Source: Nageia nagi (Eukaryota > Plantae > Pinophyta). From it: a DNA stretch of 64,000 nt. This document shows, in pieces, positions 1 through 11,499 of the stretch. The DNA lies in NCBI GenBank assembly GCA_050084985.1, contig JBITNC010000001.1, forward strand, positions 144,584,001 through 144,648,000. Direction: 5' to 3'. A program made the position numbers and the translations under genes. Every line of letters begins with the position of its first letter. Position 1 is the first letter of the stretch. A model generated the notes under the pieces. The model did not search any database and was not told the origin of the DNA. It saw nothing but the letters and a program-made list of their open reading frames with translations.

Positions 1-177
1 AAGATGTTTTCAGTTACCCATTTGGCTGATCTTTCAATAGCCACTTTTAGAAAAATTATAAAAATTGTTCGATGTGATTTTGTGCATTTTCTGTGATTAA
101 AATACAAAAAAAAAATCAAAATTCTGTTTGCTGTAGTTTTCTGCAATTTTCTGTGTTATTTTAGTTGGTATATTTCA
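1..177. repeat. End of an LTR of the same family as solo LTR 1334-2224, in opposite orientation
   Basis: 145-177 (AATTTTCTGTGTTATTTTAGTTGGTATATTTCA) is a close reverse-complement match to the start of 1334-2224 (TGAAATATACCAGCTAAATACACACAGAAAATA). Ends in CA. Confidence 0.7.
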
Positions 178-595
178 AATGTCCAACATATTGCTACACC
201 TAATTGCCCAGATGAGAGTAAAAACATCTTTTCTTTTGAATGCACAAGATGATTTTTCGTCTTTTCCCAAAACCTTCTTATAGAGATAGCCACTACATGC
301 ATTATAGGATCTACTAACTGACTGATTAATTAGTAATTACCCATTAACTGCTCCTTTATATAGTGTTATAGTGTGGATTAATGGCAACTCCACTATATCA
401 GTTGACTACTCTATTAATTGACAACCATAAATTGACTGACAGGCCCCACCTTAATTAGTCTTTATGTCATGCACCACTCCAGATTATCCTAGTCAACTGA
501 AACTGAGTCAAACTTGTACTTATTCTTCAATGCTTATGCTCCACTCATCTTATTTATTATTTGTTTATTTATTTTTAAGAATCGGGGTCATGACA
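178..595 (-). repeat. Partial 3' LTR of the Gypsy element, interrupted at 177/178 by another LTR
   Basis: Aligns to about 9673-10076 and ends GGGGTCATGACA next to the PPT. Confidence 0.8.
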
Positions 596-929
596 AATCT
601 CCCCTCCTGACTTGCCCTCAAGCAAGACAAAGCAAGATGGTCCAAAATATCAACAGATTCCGAGGTGGTATCTTCTGATGGAAGGCCTTTACTTTGCTTG
701 AGTACCTTTGTCCATACCCTATTCCTTAGTTGTCTCTCCCTTTAATCCAAAATCTGATCTGTTATCGGAATTGATTTTTTCATCATCAAGCGGCGGGGGC
801 TTGATGGAAGGTGCAATCTTTCCAAGCTCAAAACAAAGAAGTCTTGTAGAATCATCTTTCCAAGTTCAAAACTATTTTGAGCTAGCATCTTGAGAAACCT
901 TGATGAAAGGAATGTGGCAAGTAGACTCA

Positions 930-2625
930 AATTTTCTCATTATGTCATGGAAAACATTTATATCCTCCATTTCTTTGGAGCTTATTTCATTAAAGACCTG
1001 GCAGAAAACAAATGAATTGAATATAAGTTTGTTTAGAACTAAATCTGCTTCTGGTCCATCCAGTTTAAATATTCTTCTCCCTTCCTCTTGGAATATCCCT
1101 ATAACAAAGAACTGATATATAGCTTGACCAAAAATATTCCTCTACATAACTTACTGATAAAGGTTTCACCTCTTTCAACATTTTGTGTATTCATCAAGTC
1201 ATCATGTGGAGGTTCAGTTGCCAATGCCAAAGCTCCAATGGTATTCATGATCAAATTCACCAAAAGCAGCTGAACTGCTGTGATCAGAGTACTACTTGTA
1301 AAACTTGTTGAGAAAATATTCAGGACCAGGGTATGAAATATACCAGCTAAATACACACAGAAAATAACTATAGGACAGCAACAGAAAATTTTGATTTTAA
1401 GTTATTTCAACCACAAAAAAATGACAAAATCACAACAAATAAGTTTTAATATTTTTTTTGAAAGTGGATATGGAAAGTTGAGCCAAAAGGGTATTCAGGA
1501 AACACACCAAAATTTTCAGAACAGTTCCCTAAGGCTGGATGTCCCACTTAGGGCACAAAACTCCTCACAGACTGCTCCACAATTGCCTCCAAAATTGAGC
1601 GATCCACTTGGGCTGAATGCTGATCTCAAAACTCACACAAATCTGCCCTTATTTCTTCAATTTCATTGTTGAAGCAAAACTAGGGTTTTCACCCTCAAAA
1701 TCTGAAACTGAAATCTGATCCTTCTCTCACAATGAAGCACAAGTATGGACCCTGAATGGATTCATCCATTGAGAAATTAGCCTAGGGTTTGCCAATCCTA
1801 AGCCTCTAAAAGATTTGCAGTCCTTTAGGGTTTCCACAAAAATATTGTTCTCAACAATAGTCGCCAACACAATAATAATAACTAAGTATGCTTGCCAATG
1901 ACCAACTTTTCCTCTTTTATACTCTTACAACTCTTAACTGACAAATAAGTCTCCATTAGATCTTGAAGAATATCCACCTTTAGATGCTCATAACTTAAAA
2001 AATGTTTTTAGCACATGCTGAAATAAAGTGCTAATGTTAATAACATATTATAATGTCATTTTATAAAAAAACTAAAACATAATACTTACTAATCACAAAC
2101 TATAACAAAAACATTTATTTTCCTCTCAAGGGTGGATGCCCCTATCCTAGAGACTGACTCACAAACACACACAAAACACAAAAAGACAATATTTACAATG
2201 CTGAAATTTATTTGGGACATTATAGGGTAACCACATTAACTATTAGTTGGAATTGCACAAATTTTTGGATATTTATATATATACTAAACGTCCCCACTTG
2301 GCAACTGTTACAATTGTGGTGAAGTTATCATCAAGTATAATCACATCTGCGCTTTCTTTTGCCACCTTGGTGCCAGCAATGCCCTTGGTAAGCCCTATAT
2401 CTGCTTCATGTAAAGCTGGTGCATCATTTGTGCCATCACCAATAACAAAAAAACTTGATAATGCATTGTATGTAAGTGTTTCACCAAAGTGTGCTTGTCT
2501 AATGGGGATGATCTGGCCATTACCTGGAGCTTTGGAATTATCTCTCTTATCTCCTCTAAGTCTTTTTGATAGCAATCAGAACCTTCAATTGCAAAACCAT
2601 CATCAGTCAAAATACCACACTCGGC
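930..2625 (-). pseudogene. ACA: Captured fragment of a P2B autoinhibited Ca2+-ATPase (ACA1/2/7-like), P-domain to TM8, split by a solo LTR
   Basis: ECGILTDDG...[22 protein letters not shown]; [16 protein letters not shown]...[32 protein letters not shown]; NIQKFVQFQL; TAVQLLLVNLIMNTIGALALATEPP; LIFNSFVFCQVFNEISSKEMEDINVF. Several frameshifts. Confidence 0.9.
1334..2224. mobile_element. Solo LTR (891 bp) inserted in the ACA fragment
   Basis: Starts TGAAATATACC and ends GGGACATTATA (CA decayed to TA). 5-bp TSD GGGTA at 1329-1333 and 2225-2229. Removing it restores the ACA frame (minus strand GTG GTT ACC CTG GTC CTG AAT = VVTLVLN). Confidence 0.85.
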
Positions 2626-2770
2626 AACCACAAACAAGGTAGTAGCTCCTCTCAAGTCTTTCATGCCCTTGACCTTGGCACCAATTGCTAATAGGCGTAT
2701 TGAATCTTTTGACAATGCAGCAACATGCAAAGGAGTTCCCCTTCTTGTGTCTGAACAATTCGTAGTAGCA
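2626..2770 (-). pseudogene. Ankyrin-repeat coding fragment fused in frame to the ACA fragment
   Basis: DTRRGTPLHVAA...KDSIRLLAIGAKV..KDLRGATTLFVVAECG matches two consecutive ankyrin consensus units (G-TPLH-AA). Confidence 0.65.
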
Positions 2771-3661
2771 TGTAGTGCAAAAACTAGGGTTACATGGGGA
2801 CATGTCCCAATTCTAAAACACCTATCCCTGTCCTGGAGCCGTATCAGAAACTCCATCCGAAACATTTCCTAGCCGTTTTCGAATTTTCAAAATTTTGAAA
2901 ATCTGTCTCGGAAAGTTGGGAACTCTTGGGGGAAGTCCATGTGTCCCAAGGACAACTGGAATGCCCCTCGACCATCGTCGGGGACACCTAACCGTCCTAG
3001 ATGGAAAGGGCACCCAACCAACACACAAAAAAATGTATAAAGTGAAAAAAAGGTGGTGGTCGGGCCTGCCAAGGCCTCTCCACACCTTTTAACCCTAGAC
3101 GCTAAAACACACTCACAAACTCAAAATATAAAAGCCACTCAACCATAAAAAGTATTCATTCTTCAATTTGCACTTGCAACCAATTAGAAACAACAACTAG
3201 TGTGAGGATATTGCAGCCAACAGCAGTGTGGGGTTTTTATTAGTATTTACTAATTAGTAATAGTTTCCACTTTTTATACAGTATTGTGTATATTGTTATG
3301 CTTATTTTGTAGTTTGAAGATTCAATTTTGTTGCTGTCCAAGATTCCAAACTGTTATACAACGTTGTTATATCTTATACTTCTAATGATCATGATGTTTT
3401 GTTTTGATACTTGAATCATTGTTGTTGTTAGAATAGATTGTTATACATTTATACTGTTTTTTTTTTTGCTTATATTAGAGAGTGATTTTTAAGGAATTGT
3501 AACCATGTGTACAATGCTAGACATCAGATTTACATGAAGAGCATGAACAAAACGTGGCATTATTAGGTCCTTAAACATACTAAAACTAAACATGACATTT
3601 CCAAAACAACATAGGCATGCCAACCTGTAAAAAGATGTAAACAAAAGAAAACAGTAACTAA

Positions 3662-4822
3662 TTATGTCCCCATTTCAGCCAGGGCATCCTCCAGGATTTT
3701 CCCGACAACCTTAGTGATATGAATTGCTGCCCGCATCATCCCTTTGACAATCCCATTATGATTGCGTTCCAACCAGCTCAACCTGTCTCAGCTAGCCACT
3801 TCCATAGGGTCCATAGCTACATCAACCTGGGTGTCGCCACCGTTTCCCACCGTAGGGTCCTTTGGGCTCTCTTTCTCCGTAGTAGCTTCTTCCTTCACAA
3901 CAATGCCCTCCTTGCCTTGCTTGGGCTCTTCCACTGCCTCCTTTGATAGTTCCACCAAGTGTTCCTCCTCCAAAGACTTAGACTCCTCCAAGGCCGAATA
4001 AACCACCATCGGGCCCTTAATCCTCCTACTGGGCGTCTTTTTTGGAGTCTAGTTCTCATCCTCAATCTTTGCTAATTTAGCCGGTTTAGGGACCATCGTC
4101 CTTGTGGATGCACCCAACTTCTTCGGCTCTTCCTGCACTACAACCGTCGACAGTAGGGGTTTGGACAAGTCGAACTTATCTTGTAGACCCCCCTTCAACA
4201 CCACATGCTTAAAGACCATATTCATGAACCCTTGGTGGATCGGGACTTCGCATTGTTTGCACTGATAATTCTTTGCAGACATATTCAGTGCCGCATACAA
4301 AAATCCCAAGACATTAATCTTCCACCCACGTAGGTGATTTAGAAATGCGAAATGGAAACTTCAGACTATTGTTAGAGTTGTCCAACGTAATATATTTCAT
4401 AATGACAATCGCTAATTCCCCCCATGGAGCAGGTAGGGTGTCTCGTGCCACACCCGTGTGATCTCTTGGCAATTCATACTCCCTGCGACAGAATTTTACC
4501 AACTCTGCTTTGAGGTTGTGATTGTCTCGGAGAATAGTCTCACCACCCACGACCAAAGCTGTTGCCTCAACCAACATCGCTTAATTCACTTTGACAACCA
4601 ACACCGCTTGATTCACTTTGAAAGAAAAACCAAAAGCATCCACTGAAGCCCCCTTCCAGCTAGCAGCAAATTGCCTTGACAACGCTTTGTCTTGGCCATC
4701 AAACCAAGAAGCCCTCCATCATCCAACGCCTTACTCACTGCCTCGGACACTATCAAAACCTCCGGCTCCAAATGCGGCTTCGATGGTGCCTCACACTTCC
4801 ACTGAGGGGGTTTGGGAGCCAT
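3662..4822 (-). pseudogene. Degenerate additional ORF (ORF3) in the LINE 3' region, function unknown
   Basis: Track ORFs 4613-4822, 4314-4577, 4049-4309 and 3788-4009 join through frameshifts/stops into one frame of about 385 codons. Homologous to 52150-53080. Confidence 0.65.
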
Positions 4823-5206
4823 CTTCTAAATCTCAAACTTGCAGAGCCCAACTATCTAGCCACCCACACAATTGATGCCAAACTGCCTCGAATACTCCTC
4901 TTTTGCAGAAGGGACGTTGGGTGCGCTTGAAAATCCTCCAAATCTAAGTCGGTGGATGGGAGACGTGCTACCAAGGGGAGATCCATAGAGGGATGACCAC
5001 CACGTGTACTAGGGCGGGGATTGGCCTGCATATCAGTCAAATCAGCATTAACCCCATGACAATTGTTACGGTTAGGTGTCCCATCGCTCCCTCCACCGCA
5101 CCAAGGCTTAGAATAAGTTGTTAGGTCACAAGGTGACAAGCCCATTATTACTTTGCTAGCCCAACTGGAATGATGATTACGCCAAGGTTGCAAGACTGCC
5201 ACTTGG

Positions 5207-5809
5207 CTACGTGTCCACATGCTTACGCGACATGGCCACATCATACCAACCTTGACTACCTCCAACAAATGCCAAATATAAAAATTCAAAAACTCCCGCC
5301 AACAACCCATCTGAACTACAAACCAACTGAAGGAGAGGTTCTAGGAACTCTGATTCCAAAATAGCCCCCTCAGCCAAGCTGACAGCCTCATTTGCTAAGT
5401 GATCAGCCAACACATTGGCCTCCCTAAAGTGATGTTCGACAACCAAATTTTCCATGCCGTCTAGAATTCCCTTGGCCTCCACCATCATATCTGCAATGTT
5501 CCAACTTGGGGTTGAGAGAACTTTCAGGATATTCACAATATTCATCGAATCCCCAACCACCATTAACTTTGAGCACCTTAACTTTTCAATAGCGGTTAAG
5601 CATATAAAAGTTGCCGGGGCCTCTGCATAGTGGCTTGTTTGCTGCCCCAGAGGTTCAGCAATTGTCATGATAACTCTTCCTTGATGATATCTCACAACCC
5701 CACCAGCTCCTGCTGGACCCGGGTTCTCCTTTGAGGCACCATTGAAATTTAGCAACAACCACACATCCAGCCTTGGATGAGGAATAAAGGGGTCATTTCT
5801 ACGTTTCAT
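5207..5809 (-). pseudogene. LINE RNase H domain (RVT_3-like)
   Basis: Plant LINE RNase H motifs. The first catalytic Asp reads Asn (FNGAS). Confidence 0.85.
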
Positions 5810-6829
5810 ACCCTAATTCATCAGAATTGGCATTTCAATGGCCACCTCTTGGACATTCTTAAACTTGATGATCTCCAGATTTTCTTTTGCAAAGTTTTCA
5901 ATATTAGAAGCCACTTGAGATGCGGGGGCCTCTCCCCCCTAAAGACTATGTGGTTCCTCTTCTTCCACACACCCCACATCAGGTGTGGCCAACTCAGGTT
6001 CCTCAACTTTTTAATCTAGTGCTTCTGAATGGGCTAATCCATTGGAGGTAAAAATCCTTCATTTATACTGTTAAATGTGAGAAAAATAGTCTATATATAT
6101 TGTCCAAGACGCGTTTCCTAAAATTCCAGAAAATCCATGTAACCTTGGCAAAAAACAAATCATTCCTAAAATATGTTAACTCAATTTTCTCATCTTGATG
6201 ATCATTATTTCTCTTTGAAATCAAATTCTCTTTAATAGTGTCAGATACCCTAGACAAGTTGGCAGATATATGTGCAATTACCTTCTTAATTTTAAAAGAC
6301 TCTAGAGAGTAATTATTTGGCATTGGTACTTGAGTGCAACCATCCAAATACAAAATGGCAGATATGAAAAACCACTTCTGACGAAAATACCAAACTTGAA
6401 TTTCTTTCCTAATTTCTGTCCTCACAGATTGGACGATGCTATTGGGAAAAAATATGATATCAAGCACGCATAACATTGAAAGATATTTTGTTATTTTGAC
6501 AAGCGCTGATACATCTGTAAGGATTTTTTCTTCAGACAAATTATTGGACTGAAAAGACCAAGATCTTCAACAGAGCCTTCTAGCATCCACATCTCAAGAA
6601 GAGGGTATACTGTTACCACAATTACTACCTCAAAGTGGCCAACACAGGCACAAGTGTTTAGAACAAGAATACACAATCCAGTATCAACATTACTTGGTTT
6701 TAACGAATGAAAGTTTGCACGTAAGTGTTCTTTTTGCAATTTCCTGTTGCCAATGCAACTCTGCGAACTAACAGCCCTAGGATCTGATCTAACAGAAACT
6801 GCCAATGCATCTGTCACACATGATGTACA

Positions 6830-7066
6830 AAATCCCCAAAGTGGCTTCTCAACAAATTTGTCAACACCATAGACATTCTGTCTGTGCTTCAAGCTTTCTT
6901 CACTGGCATGAAACCTTTTTGTGATTGATGTAGAAACCTTTGCAGAGATTCCATCAATTCCAACATGGTCTTTTAACTCCTTAAGATCATGAGCTTTTAC
7001 GACCAAAGCTAGTTCATCAGCAGAAACACCAAAACCAGATGCTTTGACTTCTTCTGGAACAGGTCT
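6830..7066 (-). pseudogene. ACA: Captured ACA Ca2+-ATPase N-terminal fragment
   Basis: VPEEVKASGFGVSADELALVVKAHDLKELKDHVGIDGISAKVSTS...RQNVYGVDKFVEKP resembles the ACA1/2 N-terminus (VPEDVKAAGFEICADELGSIVESHDVKKLK). Confidence 0.85.
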
Positions 7067-7476
7067 TACAAGCCATTGATTAGTAGACTACCAATAACAA
7101 TACCTGTGGATAAGATTCTCATACTGAAATGATATTGGCAGATGCCATTTGTGTAAAGGAGTTAATAATTCAATCCAAATCTTTTCTACAAGTAGCATTT
7201 GCTGGCCTGCATCATCCACTGTAGTTAATCGCCTAGAACCACTGATCCACTTGACTAAAGATTCTAGAAGTTCCTGCACAATTTGCAATGTATCATGTTG
7301 TGCAAGGATTGAAAGGGTAGCTGGAACATTGGTGAGCCCAAAAGGCATCACTAAAAACTCAAAATGCCCACTGTTTTATATGTGCCTTCTAGTTTGACCA
7401 TAATTTGATAGTACATAGACCGCAAACCAATCTTCGTAAAGTTAGCTGCTTCAGTTGCCAAATCCTCATTGCTAAC

Positions 7477-8278
7477 TTAAGTTGCCCGAAACATTGAAAT
7501 GTTTTCGAGTTTCCGAAAACGGGGATGGCTGGAAACGTGACCCCTCCAAAATGGAAATGCCGGGGAAATACGGTGTATATATATATATATCTTATTATCT
7601 CTATTTTTTTTAATAAATATATTCTTGCTGTTTGTTTGACTGAGGAGCTCTTGGGTTTGGAGAGTGGCCACTCTCAGAGCCAGAAACCATTCTGCCTTTG
7701 TTTCTGTTGGAAGAAAAAAAACAGTAACAGCTGAAGAAAATATTAAGACCAATGGCAATAACAGTAAAATACTAAAAACCACAGCCCACATCTTTGTTGT
7801 TGTGACCCACAAGTCTGTCCTCTTTGCTGGGAATGTGCTTCTAGCTGTCCAAAACTCTCCTTGCTGCTGTGCAAAGCTCTCCTTGCTGTTGTCCAAGGCT
7901 CTCCTTGCTGTTGTCCAAAGCTCTCCTTGCTTCTTTCTAGGAATGCTCCAATGTTTTGTGAAGAATGAATGAATGAAGTGTTTTATATTTTCTTATAGTT
8001 GCTTTTAAGGTTTCATATTTTACTTTTTTTATTCTAATGACTTAAAAGTGGGACCCATGAGTTTGGAAGGAGAAAAAAAGCAAAAATATCAAGTATCATT
8101 TTAAGTTAGCCCGCTGGAAATGTCTGCCCACAGTCGGAAATGCTGTTTCCAAGTCAGGAAATGTTTCCGAAACGTGTCGGATGATGGAAACGCAAAATGG
8201 TGTTTCGTCCCCATTTTGGCATTTCCAAGCGTTTCCGGTACTGGGATGGGGCTTCGAATAGAGTTTCCTGCAATGTAG
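7477..8278. mobile_element. hAT-like MITE next to the Gypsy RT remnant
   Basis: Imperfect TIRs TTAAGTTGCCCGAAAC / GTTTCCTGCAATGTAG. Dense GAAAC/GTTTC subterminal motifs. Candidate 8-bp TSD matches only 5/8. Confidence 0.6.
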
Positions 8279-9322
8279 ATACTAAAAGTAAATGTTTCCA
8301 TTTTTGCATCTTGTCGTGTTGTTTCTTTACTTTCGATCTGCTCATCAACCTTTTCAATCAATTTGGTTGTTTCAAGTAGTTCTGTTTCTAATTTATCTTG
8401 AAGCTCCTTCATAGGGATGGCAAATATTTCAACAACTGGAGATGTAGAAGTAGATGTTGAGATTGTTGAATCCTTAGATTGAATAATTGATACCTCCTTT
8501 CTCTCTTATCTTTTCTTTGTCATTCTTGTTGATAATAGAATTGTTATGGTTATCAACAGTCATCGAATATGTATTTTCTATTATGTCTGAGGTCTCTCTT
8601 ACAAAAACATTGACTGATCTTGCCCTGTCTTACTGATTTCTTGCTGCTTTTGTGCTCTCTAAACTTTTTATCTTCTATGCTACCAAACAGTGCCTAATTA
8701 TGGTGGTCTTCAATATTTGATTCTGCATCTTGGACATTGTTGGAACTCGGCTTATGGTCAACAATAGGTTCATTTTCAATGTTAACCTTTGCAGTACTGT
8801 TTCCATTGGTTGGTATTGTGCTGCCTAGACTTACAACTTTGACATTTTTGGTTGCACAATCGTTTTCATCAATTGGGAATTGAACTTTGCTCTTGCTTAT
8901 GGTTTTAGCACTTATGTTTAAAGCATGATTCTCACTAGCTGACAACTTAGCAACTAAAGCTTTACCTTCAATATCTGACATGCGATGATCATCATCTCCT
9001 GATGAAGAAGAAGCATCTTTGTGGTGTGGATTTGAGGCAAGTCTCCTCTCATTTTTTATTTTAGATTTTGATTTTAAGGTACAAAATTCCAAGAAAGAAA
9101 TGTCTGCTCTAAATTCAACACTTTTTGTTGCATATTTTGCATGGAGGGCATCATGGTTGAGTTCTTTCTATTGCATTCCCTTGGTAAGGAATTCGAGGAG
9201 TTGTTGCTACCCCTTCTTCACTGATTTCGTCATGGTAAAGATCACTAACTTTCTATATCCATGTGCCACCTTATCCTTCTTTTTCCTCCCTCAGGTTAGC
9301 CAGATTTTAGCTCTGATACCAC

Positions 9323-9389
9323 TGTAATATCCCTAACTATAATACAGAAACAACACAGAAATTGTTCAGCAAAGAAATGCTTTTGGTAT

Positions 9390-9429
<40 letters not shown>

Positions 9430-10076
9430 CATATAACAAACATGCAGGGAAAACAAAATACAATGTACTTTGAACTACAATGTTTCCAAAAAACCTGAAA
9501 TATTGTTCGTATTCTAGTCTGCAACTGCTGTTCACATTAGAACTGAAAATTGATCCGCTCTTGCAAGGTTTGGGTATGCTCCTGAAACAGGTCTGCATTC
9601 ATGTGCTGCTTATAATTGATTCGATCATAACCTCTGACTGTAGATTTGCTAAGTATTGAGGGTTTCCGTCCCCAGTGGCCAATGTACTGCTACACCCAGC
9701 TGCCTAGACGAGAGTAAAATGTCTTTTATTTTGAATGCAGAAAATGTTTTTAAAATTTTTCCTTTTCCCCCAAAACCTTCATATAGAATCCCACTAGATA
9801 GGCAGTACATGCATTATTGGACCTACTAACTGACTGATTTATTGCCCACTAACTTTTCCTTTATATAATGTAAATTAAGTGCAATTCCACTTTATCAGTT
9901 GACAGCCATAAATTTACTGACAGACCCCCCTTAATTACTCGTTTAATGATGTATCACTCCAGATTCTCCTAGTCAACTGAAACTGATGCAAACTTGTACT
10001 TATTCTCCTATACTTATGCTCCACTCATCTTAATTATTATTTGTTTATATATTTTTAAGAATCGGGGGTCATGACA
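9323..10076 (-). repeat. 5' LTR of the Gypsy element (contains an (AT)n microsatellite at about 9389-9430)
   Basis: TG...CA termini, adjacent PBS, and a direct-repeat match to 178-595. Confidence 0.85.
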
Positions 10077-11258
10077 GAAAGTCTACATTGGAACATTCTT
10101 TTACTTTGGGTAGTGGTTTTATTCATAGATACAAAACTCGTGATTCCAAATACGAGTCAACCAATCTGGTTTGCATTGCAACGACTCACCAATTCTTTTA
10201 GCCAAAGCTTGAAATGAAACCCTTTGAAATAAAATCTTCCCCAAAATAGTTGGAGAAATGTCACCTGAAACTTCAAATTAAACACTCTTTAAGTTTCAAA
10301 GACACAGAACATACTATTGAGATGAAACCATTCTCAGAGGCCATTCTGGGCTTTCTTTCTGCTGGATTTACCCACCAACAAATCTTAGTCGATTGTCAAA
10401 ATAAATGAAGAATTGATTGCAGTGCAATTGAATAAAGAAAAGTGCAATGATATCTTCATTTGAGAAGTTATGCTACTCCTGCGTTCAACACAAAACATGG
10501 TGCTTTCTACTGTATTTGTATTTGCCACTCACACATCAACCAAACACACAGCCCTTTCTTTATGTTGGGTGGCAGACACAACACAAAACATGTGAAATGG
10601 TGAAGAAAAACAAGAGGATGGAAGGGCTGCTCTGGAAAGCACTGGTATCTCGGATGTAGCTCTAACTGCATGATGATGCACCAATTTTCCAAACTATGAT
10701 CGCAGAGAAAAGCAGGGATTACCACCTTCCTCATCCTAATCCTATCTTCCAAGTGGGAAGTAACACCAACAACATTATGCTAAATTTCACTGACCAAGTA
10801 ACAAGACCTAAACATGCTATGGAATGACAAGGGAGTACGTTAAAGCCCATAATGTTGCACATATGAGACAATAATGTGTCCTCAGGGAAGAGTATGTTTG
10901 TTTGTCAGGAAAGCATGTTGCCAATGGCTTACGTGTCTTCTCTGTCCATGCCATAAGTTTCAGACATTTTCCAACCATGCATGTTCTCTATTCACACTTA
11001 TCTCAAGCATATATGCGTCTCTTATTGTATTTAATTTTTTTTTTAATTTCTTTATTATTAATTTTGTATGAATAAAAAAATTGGATTTTTCTAGGATCTC
11101 CAAAACCTTTACGAAAGATGTGAGCTTCATAGTTCTTGTACATCCATCATAACTGAAGATCCTTACATGCTTCATTTCAGAAAAAGACATAAAAAAAGGA
11201 GCATTACAACATTTAATCCATTTTTTATACTTATCTCCCATATTTAATAGTGGACTAT

Positions 11259-11426
11259 TTAACCATATTTGCTTTACCATCATTGTAATTTGTTTTTCTT
11301 CCTAAAACCTTGAGCTAAAATTAAAATTATTTTAAACTGTTTTAACCATATTTGCTTTACCATCATTGTAATTTGTTTTCTTTCCTAAAACCTTGAGCTA
11401 AAATTAAAATTATTGTAAAACTGTTT
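11259..11426. repeat. Tandem duplication, 83-bp unit x2
   Basis: AACCATATTTGCTTTACCATCATTG at 11261 and 11344. Confidence 0.85.
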
Positions 11427-11499
11427 TCCTACTTCCAACGCCCTTCCAATTTGAAAAGATATTTGACTTTGCCGCTCAACTTGAGATTCAAATTTTGAA

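Larger units (their letters stand above)
3459..6059 (-). mobile_element. 5'-truncated L1-type LINE: end of ORF2, RNase H, an extra downstream ORF and poly(A)
   Basis: 13-bp TSD CATTTATACTGTT at 3446-3458 and 6060-6072. Poly(T) 3457-3467 is the tail. WGVWKKRNHIVF motif at 5821-6006. RNase H LNFNGASKENPGPAGAGGV...AEA...GDS...HHFREANVLADHLAN at about 5380-5770. Confidence 0.9.
2785..6147. mobile_element. hAT-type non-autonomous element (about 750 bp of own sequence) interrupted by a LINE
   Basis: TIRs TAGGGTTACATGG (2785-2797) / CCATGTAACCTTG (6135-6147). 8-bp TSD GCAAAAAC / GCAAAAAA. Repeated subterminal GTCC/GGAC motifs. Confidence 0.75.
178..10076 (-). mobile_element. Degenerate non-autonomous Ty3/Gypsy (chromovirus-like) LTR retrotransposon carrying captured host-gene fragments
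   Basis: 5' LTR 9323-10076. tRNA-iMet PBS TGGTATCAGAGC on minus strand at 9310-9321. PPT (minus AGGAGGGGAGATT) at about 596-608 abuts a second LTR copy ending at 595; 178-595 aligns with about 9673-10076. RT remnants FTKIGLRSMYYQI...GHFEFLVMPFGLTNVPAT at about 7315-7460. Integrase C-terminus/chromodomain remnant DQILD*RERQLRNRVWTKVLKQSKGLPSEDTT at about 640-770. Confidence 0.85.

Noticed and set aside
930-7066. Functional ACA gene with introns
   Set aside because: Frameshifts, a missing central region, no splice sites at the breaks, TE insertions with TSDs, and a location inside an LTR element.
10080-10950. LINE ORF2 zinc-finger remnant
   Set aside because: Only vague Cys/His spacing in a stop-riddled frame, not enough to call by eye.
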